DNA of 55,295 nucleotides from an uncultured virus (IMG/VR IMGVR_UViG_3300037047_000119). Its lineage: Duplodnaviria; Heunggongvirae; Uroviricota; Caudoviricetes. The first letter of the stretch is position 1. The number at the start of each line of letters is the position of its first letter. The translations under genes were made by a program, and so were the position numbers. The stretch lies in IMG/VR virus record IMGVR_UViG_3300037047_000119; one strand, written 5' to 3'. A model generated the notes under the pieces. It had not been told where the DNA came from. It saw only the letters and a program-made list of their open reading frames with translations, and did no database searches. Below, piece by piece: positions 27,878 through 37,469 of the stretch.

Positions 27878-29800
27878 TTAGGCCAGTACGTTGCCGTTGT
27901 CATCGTACACTGTCAACACGCGCGCATTATCCACCTGCGGGAACTGCAGCGCACCCTGGAAAGCCCAGGGGTAGTGCGGAGCGTAGTCACTGTCAGGCCA
28001 CAAAGTCACCGGCGGCATACCCGCTTTGGCAGCGAAAACCGCGAGGGTGCCAGACTGGAGCGAGATCTGGAACGAATCAGTATCCACCGTATGGCGGATC
28101 GGGCTAATCTCCCGGTTCTGCGGGACACCACTCGACTTCACCTCACCATGGCCCCACAGGTCGCCGTTTACCGTAACTGCCTCAGTGAATCCCCCGCGAG
28201 CGGTGGCGTTCCATTCGAAATCGGGATTCAAAACGGTCATGTACTGGTTGTAAGCACCGGCGGCGTTCAGCTTCTTGACCCGGTAACCGCGTCCCGCGCA
28301 GATGGCCAGAATATCGGCCACCGTTCCGGTCGAAGCCGAGGCAGATCCCGTCAGATCCGTGCCACACTGTGCAAGCAGGATGGCGTCGATAGCAGCCTGG
28401 GTCAGGGACAACCCCCCCGTTACACGGGCGCGCAAAGCCGATGTCGTGGCTCTCTGCGTGGTGTTCGTCCACCGCTGGTGCGTGCGGTTCAGCACCTCGG
28501 TCTGCGTGCTGACGGCGTCCTGGACCAGTCTGATATTGTTGCTGACGTCGAACTCCAGGTTGCCGGTGTTTCCTGGCAGCGGGGCTCCCACGTTGTCCAC
28601 AGCACTCAGCGTGATCACGGCGCCCACCGGAACCGCGGCATCCACGTAAGGCCCACCCGTCACTGCTTGCATTGCAGCAATGGAGGCAGCGTCGACAATC
28701 GATGTACGCAGCGAAGTCGCAACCGCAGCATTCGTTCCGCCTGCGGCCTGTGCCAGTGCTGCAAACTCCTGGTTTGCAGCAACAGGAGCAACCGCGGCCA
28801 TCGCGGCTCCACTAAGCACCAACTCCGCCGGAACGGAAGTCGCCAGCGCCAACTGACCCACCAAACCGCGGTTGTCTGCTGTGATGGTAACGGTATCCGT
28901 TCCACCGTTGGCAGCACTGACGGGCACGACCGACGCATTGACCGCGGCAGCCAAAGACCCAGCCGCTAAAATGTCCGTCCCAAGGTGAAGGGTTGAGTTG
29001 AACTCACCCGCTGCTGCAATCGCATTGGTATGAGTCATTGTAGGGCCAGACAATGTGATGTGCGCGGGATCGCCAGACTTCAGCAATGCAAAGTCACCCT
29101 GAGCACCTGGGGCGTCAGCGGTCAGGGTAACGGTCGAGGTACCACCATGTGCCCCCGTGCAGGACACACCAAGCGGAGCAACAGCCGCAAAAAGCGCCTG
29201 TGTTGCGAGGTCATTGATCGCCAGCGTCAACGAGGCCGCACAGAGGATGTCGGAGCCCGCGGCCGCAACGTCAAGGAACTCCTGAGCCGCCGGGTTGGCA
29301 GGTCCCGGATTCACAGCCAAGAAATCGATTTCCTTGATCCGGACTTTGTCGCCTGACACAACAGCGCCGAGGGTAACAGTACCTGCAGCATAATCCTCTA
29401 CACAAGTGAAAACGGTCGTGCCCAGCGTGAAAGTGGTACCAGCAGATACTGCTACGACCTGAGCTCCACCAGTTGCGAAATTGGCAATAGCTGTGAAATC
29501 CACACCAGCCAATGTCACAAGGTCCCCATGAAGTGGACCGGCCATAGTGACCGTGCCGGATGCAACTTCCGCGGCACCCGGTTCGACCCGATCGACCAGA
29601 TAAGCGGCCAAACCGTCCACATGGTTGGCAACCATTCGTCCGGCGGCATCAATGGTCACTGGATCTGCTGTCGGAGCAGCGAGATAACGGTTCTGGGGGG
29701 CCCCCATAGAGGGGATAGACTGGGAGGCATTTGGGTACAGATCAAGTACCTGAATGGTGCCATCCGCCATGTCGTCTCGGGCCAAGCAGATGTAAGGCAT
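27878..29800 (-). CDS. Virion structural protein with three inserted beta-sandwich-type domains
   Basis: Paralog of 27075..27863 plus a long insertion with repeated GTVT..GD.V..F and SL..A[IV]N..VT[LI]TA motifs. Confidence 0.75.
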   Translation of the reverse strand: MPYICLARDDMADGTIQVLDLYPNASQSIPSMGAPQNRYLAAPTADPVTIDAAGRMVANHVDGLAAYLVDRVEPGAAEVASGTVTMAGPLHGDLVTLAGVDFTAIANFATGGAQVVAVSAGTTFTLGTTVFTCVEDYAAGTVTLGAVVSGDKVRIKEIDFLAVNPGPANPAAQEFLDVAAAGSDILCAASLTLAINDLATQALFAAVAPLGVSCTGAHGGTSTVTLTADAPGAQGDFALLKSGDPAHITLSGPTMTHTNAIAAAGEFNSTLHLGTDILAAGSLAAAVNASVVPVSAANGGTDTVTITADNRGLVGQLALATSVPAELVLSGAAMAAVAPVAANQEFAALAQAAGGTNAAVATSLRTSIVDAASIAAMQAVTGGPYVDAAVPVGAVITLSAVDNVGAPLPGNTGNLEFDVSNNIRLVQDAVSTQTEVLNRTHQRWTNTTQRATTSALRARVTGGLSLTQAAIDAILLAQCGTDLTGSASASTGTVADILAICAGRGYRVKKLNAAGAYNQYMTVLNPDFEWNATARGGFTEAVTVNGDLWGHGEVKSSGVPQNREISPIRHTVDTDSFQISLQSGTLAVFAAKAGMPPVTLWPDSDYAPHYPWAFQGALQFPQVDNARVLTVYDDNGNVLA

Positions 29801-29866
29801 GGGTCACCTCTCGAAATCACATCCCAAAGAGGACTCATTGTGAGTCCTCTTGTCGATCAGCGACAG

Positions 29867-29880
29867 GTATAACGGAATTA
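29867..29880 (-). promoter_or_regulatory. Putative late promoter motif (TAATTCCGTTATAC)
   Basis: Recurring 14-mer. Confidence 0.55.
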
Positions 29881-29901
29881 TTCAGGGGGGATCAGAGGCT
29901 A

Positions 29902-30702
29902 TTAGGCGATTTCCATACCGAAAGTGATCTCCACACTGAAAGGAATCACGGCCCCGGCTGTTGGATCTGTGGCAAGTACAATCTCCCTGACGCCGGGCTG
30001 GGCATACCCTCCGCCAGTGGGCACAGTTACCTCCCCCGCGGAAACAGTAAGCATTGGCATCCCCAATCCGAAGGACACCAGCAAATCGTCTCCAGCAGAC
30101 AAATTTCGAAGAATGAGGGAGGCCGCAGGTCGAGGCAGGACAAAATGCAATGGAAGGGAAGTCTGCACCGTCATATCGACAACGGGAAGCTGTCCAGCAA
30201 GGCACCCTGTCCCCAACGGAGCCAGCGACTGCAAACTCAGTACGGACGCACTTGCCCCATAGAAAGAGGCGTAAGGAACCACAAGGATCGGCCCCCTGAT
30301 CGGAAACCCTGGATTGACAGGTCCTGGACTCGTAAGCCAAACCCCACCACGTTGCTCTTGGAGCCGCACATACCAAAGGGCAGCATCAGGAGGAGAACCG
30401 GGAATATCCTCCAGATTCACCTGGAAACTGGTGTGTCCTTTTCGGTTTTCCAGCACGCTCCAGGATTTGGACACGGTGGGGGTCTGTCCTAAACCACCCG
30501 CCCGTACCTCCAGAAAAACCGTACCCCCGGAACCTGCCAAACCACTTCCGGCCATCGTGCCATAAGCGTCTTCCAGCGTGGGAGCCCCATACAAACGGAG
30601 GGCCGTAGTCCCATTCCGATGGCGTGTCACCAGATCGATGAGCCGAGTACTGCGCTCCAGGATTCCCGGACGCACATTGAAGGGACCGAGGAAATCACTC
30701 AT
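29902..30702 (-). CDS. Probable beta-rich structural protein, 266 aa
   Basis: ATGA overlap; composition and context. Confidence 0.65.
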   Translation of the reverse strand: MSDFLGPFNVRPGILERSTRLIDLVTRHRNGTTALRLYGAPTLEDAYGTMAGSGLAGSGGTVFLEVRAGGLGQTPTVSKSWSVLENRKGHTSFQVNLEDIPGSPPDAALWYVRLQEQRGGVWLTSPGPVNPGFPIRGPILVVPYASFYGASASVLSLQSLAPLGTGCLAGQLPVVDMTVQTSLPLHFVLPRPAASLILRNLSAGDDLLVSFGLGMPMLTVSAGEVTVPTGGGYAQPGVREIVLATDPTAGAVIPFSVEITFGMEIA

Positions 30703-31082
30703 GGAACGTCTCTCTTCTCCTGCCGCACGAAGGGTTCATAGCTCGATGCATCTTTTCCCTTACTCGCGGCCAGCTTCTGTGCCTCAGCCCAAGAGTCAAC
30801 TCGCTCACCCCCAACGTTGGGGGACAGTCTCTGAGACAGGGGCTCTCGGTGGTCTTTCATTTTCCGGTCGAGGCGCCGGTTTTTCCGGGACATCTGCCCT
30901 TTGACCCTCAACGCCTTGCTGGGCCAGTCATCCCCAGCCAAGACAAAAGATGTCTTGGAGACCCAACGCCTGGAAACTGCCCCACATTGTGGACATAACT
31001 GTGGAGTCTCGTATTCCGACAGCTTGAGGATGCGTTCAAAATCATGCTCGCACGACGGGCATGAAAACTCATAGGTGGGCAT
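30699..31082 (-). CDS. FmdB-family zinc ribbon protein
   Basis: MPTYEFSCPSCEHDFE...CPQCG...F.L.G..W. Confidence 0.85.
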   Translation of the reverse strand: MPTYEFSCPSCEHDFERILKLSEYETPQLCPQCGAVSRRWVSKTSFVLAGDDWPSKALRVKGQMSRKNRRLDRKMKDHREPLSQRLSPNVGGERVDSWAEAQKLAASKGKDASSYEPFVRQEKRDVP

Positions 31083-33090
31083 CGGGGCTCCTCTCCATCA
31101 GTATCCTCTCAAGATACCAACGTGCCAGCCGAATGGCGGCAGTTCTAGAACTCCCCGTTTTCCCTTTTCGGAGACTGTACTCACTCATCATGTCAAAACA
31201 TGCGAGCACATGCTTGCATGCCCTGTGTGTACCATTCGGGTCTTTGACAGCAGGTTTGGATGCCGTACCTACCGGACTACCATACAGGTATCCGTCTACA
31301 CTGGCCCAATGCTCTGGACCTTGCCACTGCCAGTAAGGGCATGTGCAAGACGTCAAGATATCCAACTTAGCCAAAGCCAATGTCCCACCCTTGGGAACAG
31401 CTTTCACTCGAACCCTGTAAGTGTCCTTTGTCCCGGGTACGTCAAACAGCCACATCAGGTTTTTGAGGTCTACCTTGCGGAGTTTCGGCCGAAGGGATCC
31501 GGATTGCCCGAGTAGATCCTCGTCGCATTGTTCCGAGATCTCGGACATCTTAACTGCGGTTCGGTTGACGAAATCCTTGTTCTCGGGGATGACCTTTGCA
31601 GAACCCGGGTTGTCAAAAACCTCCGGGATGTTGTTGAGTCCCGGAAGAGGATCATCATCCTCGTCCCGATGCAACGGGTAGTCGGTACCACGGTCGAGTT
31701 TCTGCTCTGCCGGAATATCCGCCGGGAAACGTTCCAGCATCCAACCTTGTTTCAAATGTGCCCGACGATCGAAAAACCAAGCATCCGCCAGATCGTCGTC
31801 CTTTTCAACGTCCTCATCTCCACCAGTGTACTCCAACTCCCGGTCAAGGTATGCAATCACGGTATCCAGATCGGAGTCATTTTCAAACACGATGGAGTCG
31901 AACAGACTCTCTAGCGTCACCTGCCAGAACTTCCCAGGGTGCGCAGGGAACCCCAGCGTCGCACGTGCGATGTCCAGATCAATGCTCTGGAGGGTTGCTG
32001 CCTCCCAGCGGGGCAGATACCAAACCGGGATGTTCCAGCTTGAGGATGCAGTTTTTTTCTCATCCCGCAGTTTCTGGGAACGCTCTTTGTTTGAGGACAC
32101 CCCGCCCCCTGGGAAACGCTTGAACCGCTCCGGGAAATCCTGGCGGCGATCCATGTCCTTTTTGTACCTCGGATTAGCATGCCACTTTCGATACCACCGC
32201 CGCATTCGCTGTTTGATGCGATTGCGATTCTCCCGGTAGTACTTCTGAAAATACTTTTTGGCCTGTCCCCTTTGTTCTCTCTGTCGATGGGGACCAGGGT
32301 AAGTGGGCCCCGTGACGGCTGCCAGATTCTGTCGCCTCTGTACGACTGGACTTACCTCTACATCCTCTGGTTTGATGCTATCCTCACCCGGGGTGGCTTG
32401 GGTACGTGTCCGATCCGTATGCAAAGGCTTTCCGTCCAGAGCTTCATCCGAGGATGGAGGGGCGTTGAGGTGCACGTTCTCTATGGGCTTGCTTTTTAGC
32501 CACGGAGGAGAAGGAGCAGCCTGATCAACGGGTGGGCTGCTCGGGGATCTCCTGTATTTCTGGGTTTTCCAGTCCTGCAAATTGTTTCCCAGGCGGCATT
32601 GCTGAGGCTTGGGATCTGGCTCCCCCTGCCAATATGTGGTGACCAGACGCACCCGGTCATTGCCATCGGGAGAGAATACGATGGTCAAATCGAATCGGGG
32701 ATCAGTCCAGTTGATGGGTTCTCTTTTCGCAAAATGCTCCACCCAAGATTTGTACTGACCGTCATTCCGAGACTTGGCGTCGTGGAATGCCTTCAGGAAA
32801 CTCCGGAGAGCCGCACGCACCTGAGGCACCGTCACACTGCGCCAGTCCATCCGGTACTGAGCATGTGGCGTGATGATAAGGTGCTTGAACGGACCTCCAG
32901 CCCCCGGTTCCGATTCGATGCGGTAAACTCTGTTGGCGTCCTGGTTGTCCAGCGCCCGCCCCTGTTCGACTTCCTCCACCAATTGACGCTCCAGACGGGG
33001 ATCTCGGACGGAGTTCTCGATTCTCTGGATGAGGTGGCAAGGACCCCCTGGCCACCCAAGAGGTGGTGTGAGATCTGCTTTTTTGCTCAC
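31069..33090 (-). CDS. Multidomain cargo-type protein: DUF4258-like domain, basic helical region, SWIM-like Zn domain, C-terminal tag
   Basis: ITPHAQYRM..R.V; SCTCPYW...CKHV; SRTAAIRLARWYL; KKA, KTA and RTA linkers. Confidence 0.7.
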   Translation of the reverse strand: MSKKADLTPPLGWPGGPCHLIQRIENSVRDPRLERQLVEEVEQGRALDNQDANRVYRIESEPGAGGPFKHLIITPHAQYRMDWRSVTVPQVRAALRSFLKAFHDAKSRNDGQYKSWVEHFAKREPINWTDPRFDLTIVFSPDGNDRVRLVTTYWQGEPDPKPQQCRLGNNLQDWKTQKYRRSPSSPPVDQAAPSPPWLKSKPIENVHLNAPPSSDEALDGKPLHTDRTRTQATPGEDSIKPEDVEVSPVVQRRQNLAAVTGPTYPGPHRQREQRGQAKKYFQKYYRENRNRIKQRMRRWYRKWHANPRYKKDMDRRQDFPERFKRFPGGGVSSNKERSQKLRDEKKTASSSWNIPVWYLPRWEAATLQSIDLDIARATLGFPAHPGKFWQVTLESLFDSIVFENDSDLDTVIAYLDRELEYTGGDEDVEKDDDLADAWFFDRRAHLKQGWMLERFPADIPAEQKLDRGTDYPLHRDEDDDPLPGLNNIPEVFDNPGSAKVIPENKDFVNRTAVKMSEISEQCDEDLLGQSGSLRPKLRKVDLKNLMWLFDVPGTKDTYRVRVKAVPKGGTLALAKLDILTSCTCPYWQWQGPEHWASVDGYLYGSPVGTASKPAVKDPNGTHRACKHVLACFDMMSEYSLRKGKTGSSRTAAIRLARWYLERILMERSPDAHL

Positions 33091-33479
33091 TTGACACCCC
33101 GACGAAGGTACCGCCGAGCTACCCGTTTGGCGGATTCGGACTGACGCATTTGGGACCCCCCGAAAGCAGACTGGACAGCCTCGTTGACCATGGTCTTGTC
33201 GGAGATCGACAAACGGGCCTCCAGAAAACTCTCCCCCATCTTGGCCAGAGCCAAACTGGTTCGATCCAGAGTTGTCTGGAGTGCATCCAGTCTCATGGGG
33301 ATGGCCTGGATGATATCCCCGGCAACCTCGTAGAAATGTTCACGCTCTTTCGACTTGTCGACTAGCTGAACTGCACGATCCAACAGATGTTGGAGTCGGT
33401 GTGCCTCGACACGAGCCTTCGTGACGCCCTCTGTGAGGAGAGCCCAAGCGGCTTGACTACTAGCAGTTTTTTCGGTCAT
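33087..33479 (-). CDS. Helical protein with N-terminal KTA and C-terminal RVARRYL tag
   Basis: MTEKTASS...SAKRVARRYLRR. Confidence 0.8.
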   Translation of the reverse strand: MTEKTASSQAAWALLTEGVTKARVEAHRLQHLLDRAVQLVDKSKEREHFYEVAGDIIQAIPMRLDALQTTLDRTSLALAKMGESFLEARLSISDKTMVNEAVQSAFGGSQMRQSESAKRVARRYLRRGVK

Positions 33480-33516
33480 CCCTCAGGCTCCTGTCCAATG
33501 TCCTACAGAGCCTGAG

Positions 33517-33530
33517 GGATAAAACGACTA
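33517..33530 (-). promoter_or_regulatory. Putative late promoter motif (TAGTCGTTTTATCC)
   Basis: Recurring 14-mer. Confidence 0.55.
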
Positions 33531-33535
33531 GTGGA

Positions 33536-34678
33536 TCAGCGGCGGGAAATTGCATCCTGAAGATGCTTTACTACCGTTGCCGTCTCGACAGCACAGATCT
33601 GCTGGATGATGTCCGGACGATCCCGGTACATGTCGTAGGCGCGTTTTACACGATCCCGCCAGTGCCCCTTCTTGTCCCACTGAAAGGTGGTCGGGATTCC
33701 GGACGATGCGGCATCCGGAAGCAGTTCTTCTAGCGTGTCCCCGACACGTGCCTCCGCTACATCCCCCGTTGCACCGTTGTGAAGCGTCTGGGAAATCGGG
33801 ACACCAACCTCTTCCTCGGCCTCATCCTCGATGACGAGGGGTGTAGTTTTGGGCTCAGGTTTCACGGGGGGTTTCACGGCAGCCAGTTTCTGGGGACGAA
33901 CCGGGCCACCAGATTCGAGCTTACGTACCGCCTCGCTGACCGCGCGCTCGTCTTTCAGCTCCATGCGGATCGTCGTGGGGGACTTCAAACGAGCGACGGG
34001 ACGACCATCTCCAGTGGGTGCCGCCTCGATCACGGTCTCCGGCTCCACCACGTGGTCACTCTCCGCTTCCTCGACCGCGTGGACGGCATCCCACTCCGCA
34101 TCCGCGGCCACAGCCTCGGGCTCAGGGGACACCTTCTTGTTCGAGGCAAACTTGTAGGTGATCTCAACCGGAACCTCGGAAACCGTCTCCATCCGGACAG
34201 CCGGAGCGCCCGGCTCCACGGATTTCGGTGGTGGCAATCGCACAGGGCCAGGAGCAATAACGGGACGAGCAGAGACCTGATTCTGCTGCTCCATGTGTGC
34301 AGCCATGATGTCATCCCGTCGCCGGGTGGTGTCAGTGAGAGACCCGACCACGGACTCATCCGCGGTAGCAGGGTCGACCTTCATGGCTACCCCCCGGTCG
34401 GACCCCTTCTGCACCGCGGAGTGTACGGACACCCCCGCGGGCTGCGGGACATAGCCCACCTTCTCAGGAGCATCCACTGGAACCAGCCACCCGGAGCGAA
34501 CGGCGCCCAACGTCTGGGGTGACGGATACGTCTGACCCCCATACTTGAGCGTCTGACCATCAAACTCCACCACCGCATTGCCAGGAATGTCCAAAGAGTA
34601 CTGGCCCAGATGCAGTCGTGCTGTTACACGCAGGCGCTGAAACACACCCTCTTGGAACTGAATGTCAACAGGATTCAT
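33536..34678 (-). CDS. Hypothetical protein, 380 aa, with Pro/Glu-rich linker
   Basis: GGAGGAG RBS; GATCCA-N15-GGGTAG variant upstream. Confidence 0.75.
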   Translation of the reverse strand: MNPVDIQFQEGVFQRLRVTARLHLGQYSLDIPGNAVVEFDGQTLKYGGQTYPSPQTLGAVRSGWLVPVDAPEKVGYVPQPAGVSVHSAVQKGSDRGVAMKVDPATADESVVGSLTDTTRRRDDIMAAHMEQQNQVSARPVIAPGPVRLPPPKSVEPGAPAVRMETVSEVPVEITYKFASNKKVSPEPEAVAADAEWDAVHAVEEAESDHVVEPETVIEAAPTGDGRPVARLKSPTTIRMELKDERAVSEAVRKLESGGPVRPQKLAAVKPPVKPEPKTTPLVIEDEAEEEVGVPISQTLHNGATGDVAEARVGDTLEELLPDAASSGIPTTFQWDKKGHWRDRVKRAYDMYRDRPDIIQQICAVETATVVKHLQDAISRR

Positions 34679-34757
34679 ATTCTCTCCTCCGAGAAGTCTA
34701 TTCTCATGCTACCCGAAACATCGGGTGTCTGGATCATACCGAGAAAACAGGGGATCT

Positions 34758-35288
34758 TTATAGGCCAGTTTGCACACCGAGGAAATAACTGTTGGAGACT
34801 TTAGGCACCTGCGAGACGAAGCCGGTGAAAAAGTTGGGGGCATGGGGGAGACCGGCCAGCGTTGCCTCGTCTTCTTTCGTCCACCATCCTCTGGCTGAAA
34901 AGTAAAGAATGTCGTTAGGCTGGTAAACAATGGGAACCAAAGGACCTGCTTGCCGACTTGCCCATGTGTACTTTTCATAGGTAGATGTGGAAATCAGACT
35001 CCCCCCAAATAACAGCGTAGCAAAACGATAGGTGACTTGACTGGACGTCTGAGCCGTTAACTGATCCGCATCCTCATCCGAACCCCAAAGCAAAAAGCCC
35101 CCGAAACGACCGTCAGAGAAAGTAACAGTGCGCTCATCATCAAACCCTGCGGCCCAACGAACTCCCTGCCCTCCCGGCCAGCCCTGCTGAAGCATCTCCG
35201 GGGCAACGGTTACCGTGGTTGCGTCCCCCTTGAAAAAAAGAAGGCAGTCGCGACCACGTACGATTTCCGTGATGAGTTTTTTGGCCAT
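34758..35288 (-). CDS. Cement/decoration-like paralog 3
   Basis: Shares RDC..F.GD, GW.G.QGVRW, YEKYTWASRQ.GPLV with the two upstream genes. Confidence 0.7.
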   Translation of the reverse strand: MAKKLITEIVRGRDCLLFFKGDATTVTVAPEMLQQGWPGGQGVRWAAGFDDERTVTFSDGRFGGFLLWGSDEDADQLTAQTSSQVTYRFATLLFGGSLISTSTYEKYTWASRQAGPLVPIVYQPNDILYFSARGWWTKEDEATLAGLPHAPNFFTGFVSQVPKVSNSYFLGVQTGL

Positions 35289-35289
35289 C

Positions 35290-35808
35290 TCAGATCGCCG
35301 TCTGCACAACTAGAAAAAAGTTGTTAGCCACCCTTGGAACCTGCACCACATAAGCCGTAAAAAAGTCATTTGGAGCACGAGGATCTCCGGAGAGAGTCCA
35401 CTCGTCTTCATTTGTCCACCACCCTCGATTACTCCACCGCAAACGTTCTCCTGTCTGATAGGATATCGGAACCAGAGGACCCATCTGACGACTTGCCCAT
35501 GTGTATCTCTCATAGGTGGACGTTGAAAGCACCCAACCCCCGGCACAGAAAATACCGTACCCTTCTGCAACTTGATTTCTGGTCATCCCCAGGTAACGAT
35601 CGGCGTCTTCATCCGAACCCCACAGAAGAAAACCCCCATAAAGCCCATCGGAGAACGATACCATGAACTCATCTTCCACTGAGTCCACCCACCGAACACC
35701 TTGCGCCCCGGGCCAACCTTGCACTAGCATCTCCGTATGTAGTGCCACAGGAAAAGAGTCTCCCCGGAAATGTGCCACACAATCTCGGGTGCGGAAAATC
35801 TCGGGCAT
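35290..35808 (-). CDS. Cement/decoration-like paralog 2
   Basis: Same conserved blocks; GAGG RBS. Confidence 0.7.
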   Translation of the reverse strand: MPEIFRTRDCVAHFRGDSFPVALHTEMLVQGWPGAQGVRWVDSVEDEFMVSFSDGLYGGFLLWGSDEDADRYLGMTRNQVAEGYGIFCAGGWVLSTSTYERYTWASRQMGPLVPISYQTGERLRWSNRGWWTNEDEWTLSGDPRAPNDFFTAYVVQVPRVANNFFLVVQTAI

Positions 35809-35817
35809 CTCAAAACC

Positions 35818-36336
35818 TCAAATCGATGTCTGAATCGTCATGAAAAAACCATTCTCGGCACAAGGACGCTGACTCACGTATCCTATGTAATAGTCATTTG
35901 GAGCCCGAGGGTCCCCGGAAAGAGTCCACTCATCCTCGGATGTCCAGAGTCCCCGGAGGCTAAAAACGAGCCGGTCACTCTCTTGGTAAGGAATCTCCAC
36001 CAGAGGACCCATCTGACGACTTGCCCATGTGTACTTTTCGTAGGAGGAAGTCATAATTAACCAACCCCCATAGCACAAGGTTGCAAAACGATAAAAAGGC
36101 TGGTTTCCAGAGATCCCCGTATATCCGTCCCCTTCCTCACTCGATCCTTTCAACAAAAAACCTGCGTACAGGCCATCCGACTGCGCGACCATGAAACGAT
36201 CTCCAGGATCGGACACCCACCGAACTCCTTGACCCCCTTGCCATCCCGTGCGAGCTAGAGAGGCATCAACTTCGCAGGTAAAAGCGTCACCTTTAAACAA
36301 AGTTACACATTCCCTGTTTCTCGGGGTGTCAGGCAA
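35818..36336 (-). CDS. Cement/decoration-like paralog 1
   Basis: AAGGAG RBS, TTG start; same blocks. Confidence 0.7.
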   Translation of the reverse strand: MPDTPRNRECVTLFKGDAFTCEVDASLARTGWQGGQGVRWVSDPGDRFMVAQSDGLYAGFLLKGSSEEGDGYTGISGNQPFYRFATLCYGGWLIMTSSYEKYTWASRQMGPLVEIPYQESDRLVFSLRGLWTSEDEWTLSGDPRAPNDYYIGYVSQRPCAENGFFMTIQTSI

Positions 36337-36583
36337 TGTGGTTCTCCTTTAACCAGCACCTAGCGATCCGTTTTCGTGCTTCGATGTGTCGAACAGTGCA
36401 GGGGTCAAAAACAGGAGTTCGACCAAAAACGGCGATGCCGAAGTTTTCAACTACCCCGAAAGCACGTGCTAAATCGGCCTCGGACTCCTCCATCCCGTAG
36501 TACAACAGAACGGACCGCACAGAACTCGCCCCGCACGAGAAATCCGTGGCCTGAAAAGTATCTGGGAAAGGAAGCACGAACAT
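36329..36583 (-). CDS. Truncated C39-like peptidase with C-terminal tag (possible pseudogene)
   Basis: FQATDFSCGASSVRSVLLYYG; only 84 aa, no catalytic His/Asp region; ends RKRIARCWL. Confidence 0.6.
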   Translation of the reverse strand: MFVLPFPDTFQATDFSCGASSVRSVLLYYGMEESEADLARAFGVVENFGIAVFGRTPVFDPCTVRHIEARKRIARCWLKENHIA

Positions 36584-36654
36584 GGTACTCTTCCATATAT
36601 CTCTAGAAACAGTACACTATCGGCATCCTACCGGAAACCCACAGAGAGAAAACC

Positions 36655-36882
36655 ATGAGACGAGTATGGATTTTGAGTTTAGCTCTTTTTCTCGGGTGTT
36701 TACCCGTATCCTCGAATCCTCCCTGCCCATCTCCCCAGGCCAGCCGCTGTTTTAACAACCGGGTCGAACTGTGCAGCCCTGACGGAGAGTGGCTCCGGGT
36801 GATGGATTGTTCCCTGGTCGGGCCGAACTGGGAGTGTCTGGAGATACCCGAGGGGCATGCTTGTTTGGAGGTGGTGAGATGA
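36655..36882 (+). CDS. Small Cys-rich lipoprotein
   Basis: Signal peptide with lipobox FLG-C; six further Cys. Confidence 0.7.
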   Translation: MRRVWILSLALFLGCLPVSSNPPCPSPQASRCFNNRVELCSPDGEWLRVMDCSLVGPNWECLEIPEGHACLEVVR

Positions 36883-37469
36883 ACCTGACACCTGAACTCG
36901 TCAAAAGCTACTGGGAGTACATGACACGAAAACATCGAACGGAGGTCAGGTACAAAACGGATGCGGAGGAGATGAAATCTCTGGCGGATCTTCTCTCCGT
37001 GATGGGGGTTCTCGACCCGACTGACTTTATGACCCGGTTCGCGACAACGATTGGTCGGACGATCTATCTCCCCTTCCAGATCGGTGATGCCTCTTCCTTC
37101 AGTCTTTGGTCCCAGATCGAGATCGGAGCCCATGAACACCAGCACGTCGTACAATTGGACTCCGACCCGAACTTCTTTTCAACGAACTATGTACTAGACC
37201 CCACAAAGAGAGCCCATTACGAGGCCGAGGCTTACCGAGTCAGTATGACGATGAACTTTTGGGCCACAGGGTGTGCACCCCAGCCTGATATGTATGTTGA
37301 GTCTTTGAAGCACTATGGAATAGATGAGAAAGGGATAGACTTCGCAAGGGAATATCTGAGGCTCTCACGGCCCACCATTCTGACACATGGGATCCCGGAC
37401 CAAGCAGCCAAAGACACCATTGGATGGTTCCAAACCAACGCACCTACTCTGCTTGTGTCCCCCAGTTGA
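36879..37469 (+). CDS. HExxH zinc metallopeptidase-like protein
   Basis: GGAGGT RBS, ATGA overlap; FATTIGRTIY...HEHQHVVQ...YEAEAY. Confidence 0.75.
   Translation: MNLTPELVKSYWEYMTRKHRTEVRYKTDAEEMKSLADLLSVMGVLDPTDFMTRFATTIGRTIYLPFQIGDASSFSLWSQIEIGAHEHQHVVQLDSDPNFFSTNYVLDPTKRAHYEAEAYRVSMTMNFWATGCAPQPDMYVESLKHYGIDEKGIDFAREYLRLSRPTILTHGIPDQAAKDTIGWFQTNAPTLLVSPS

Noticed and set aside
27722..28969. 415-aa plus-strand ORF and other long antisense ORFs (3296..4024, 33779..34522, 40094..40813, 52907..53701)
   Set aside because: Shadows of GC-rich minus-strand genes with no motifs
34758..36336. Near-identical DNA blocks among the three paralogs as a diversity-generating retroelement template/variable pair
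   Set aside because: No reverse transcriptase in the window; all copies are coding and differences are not confined to adenines
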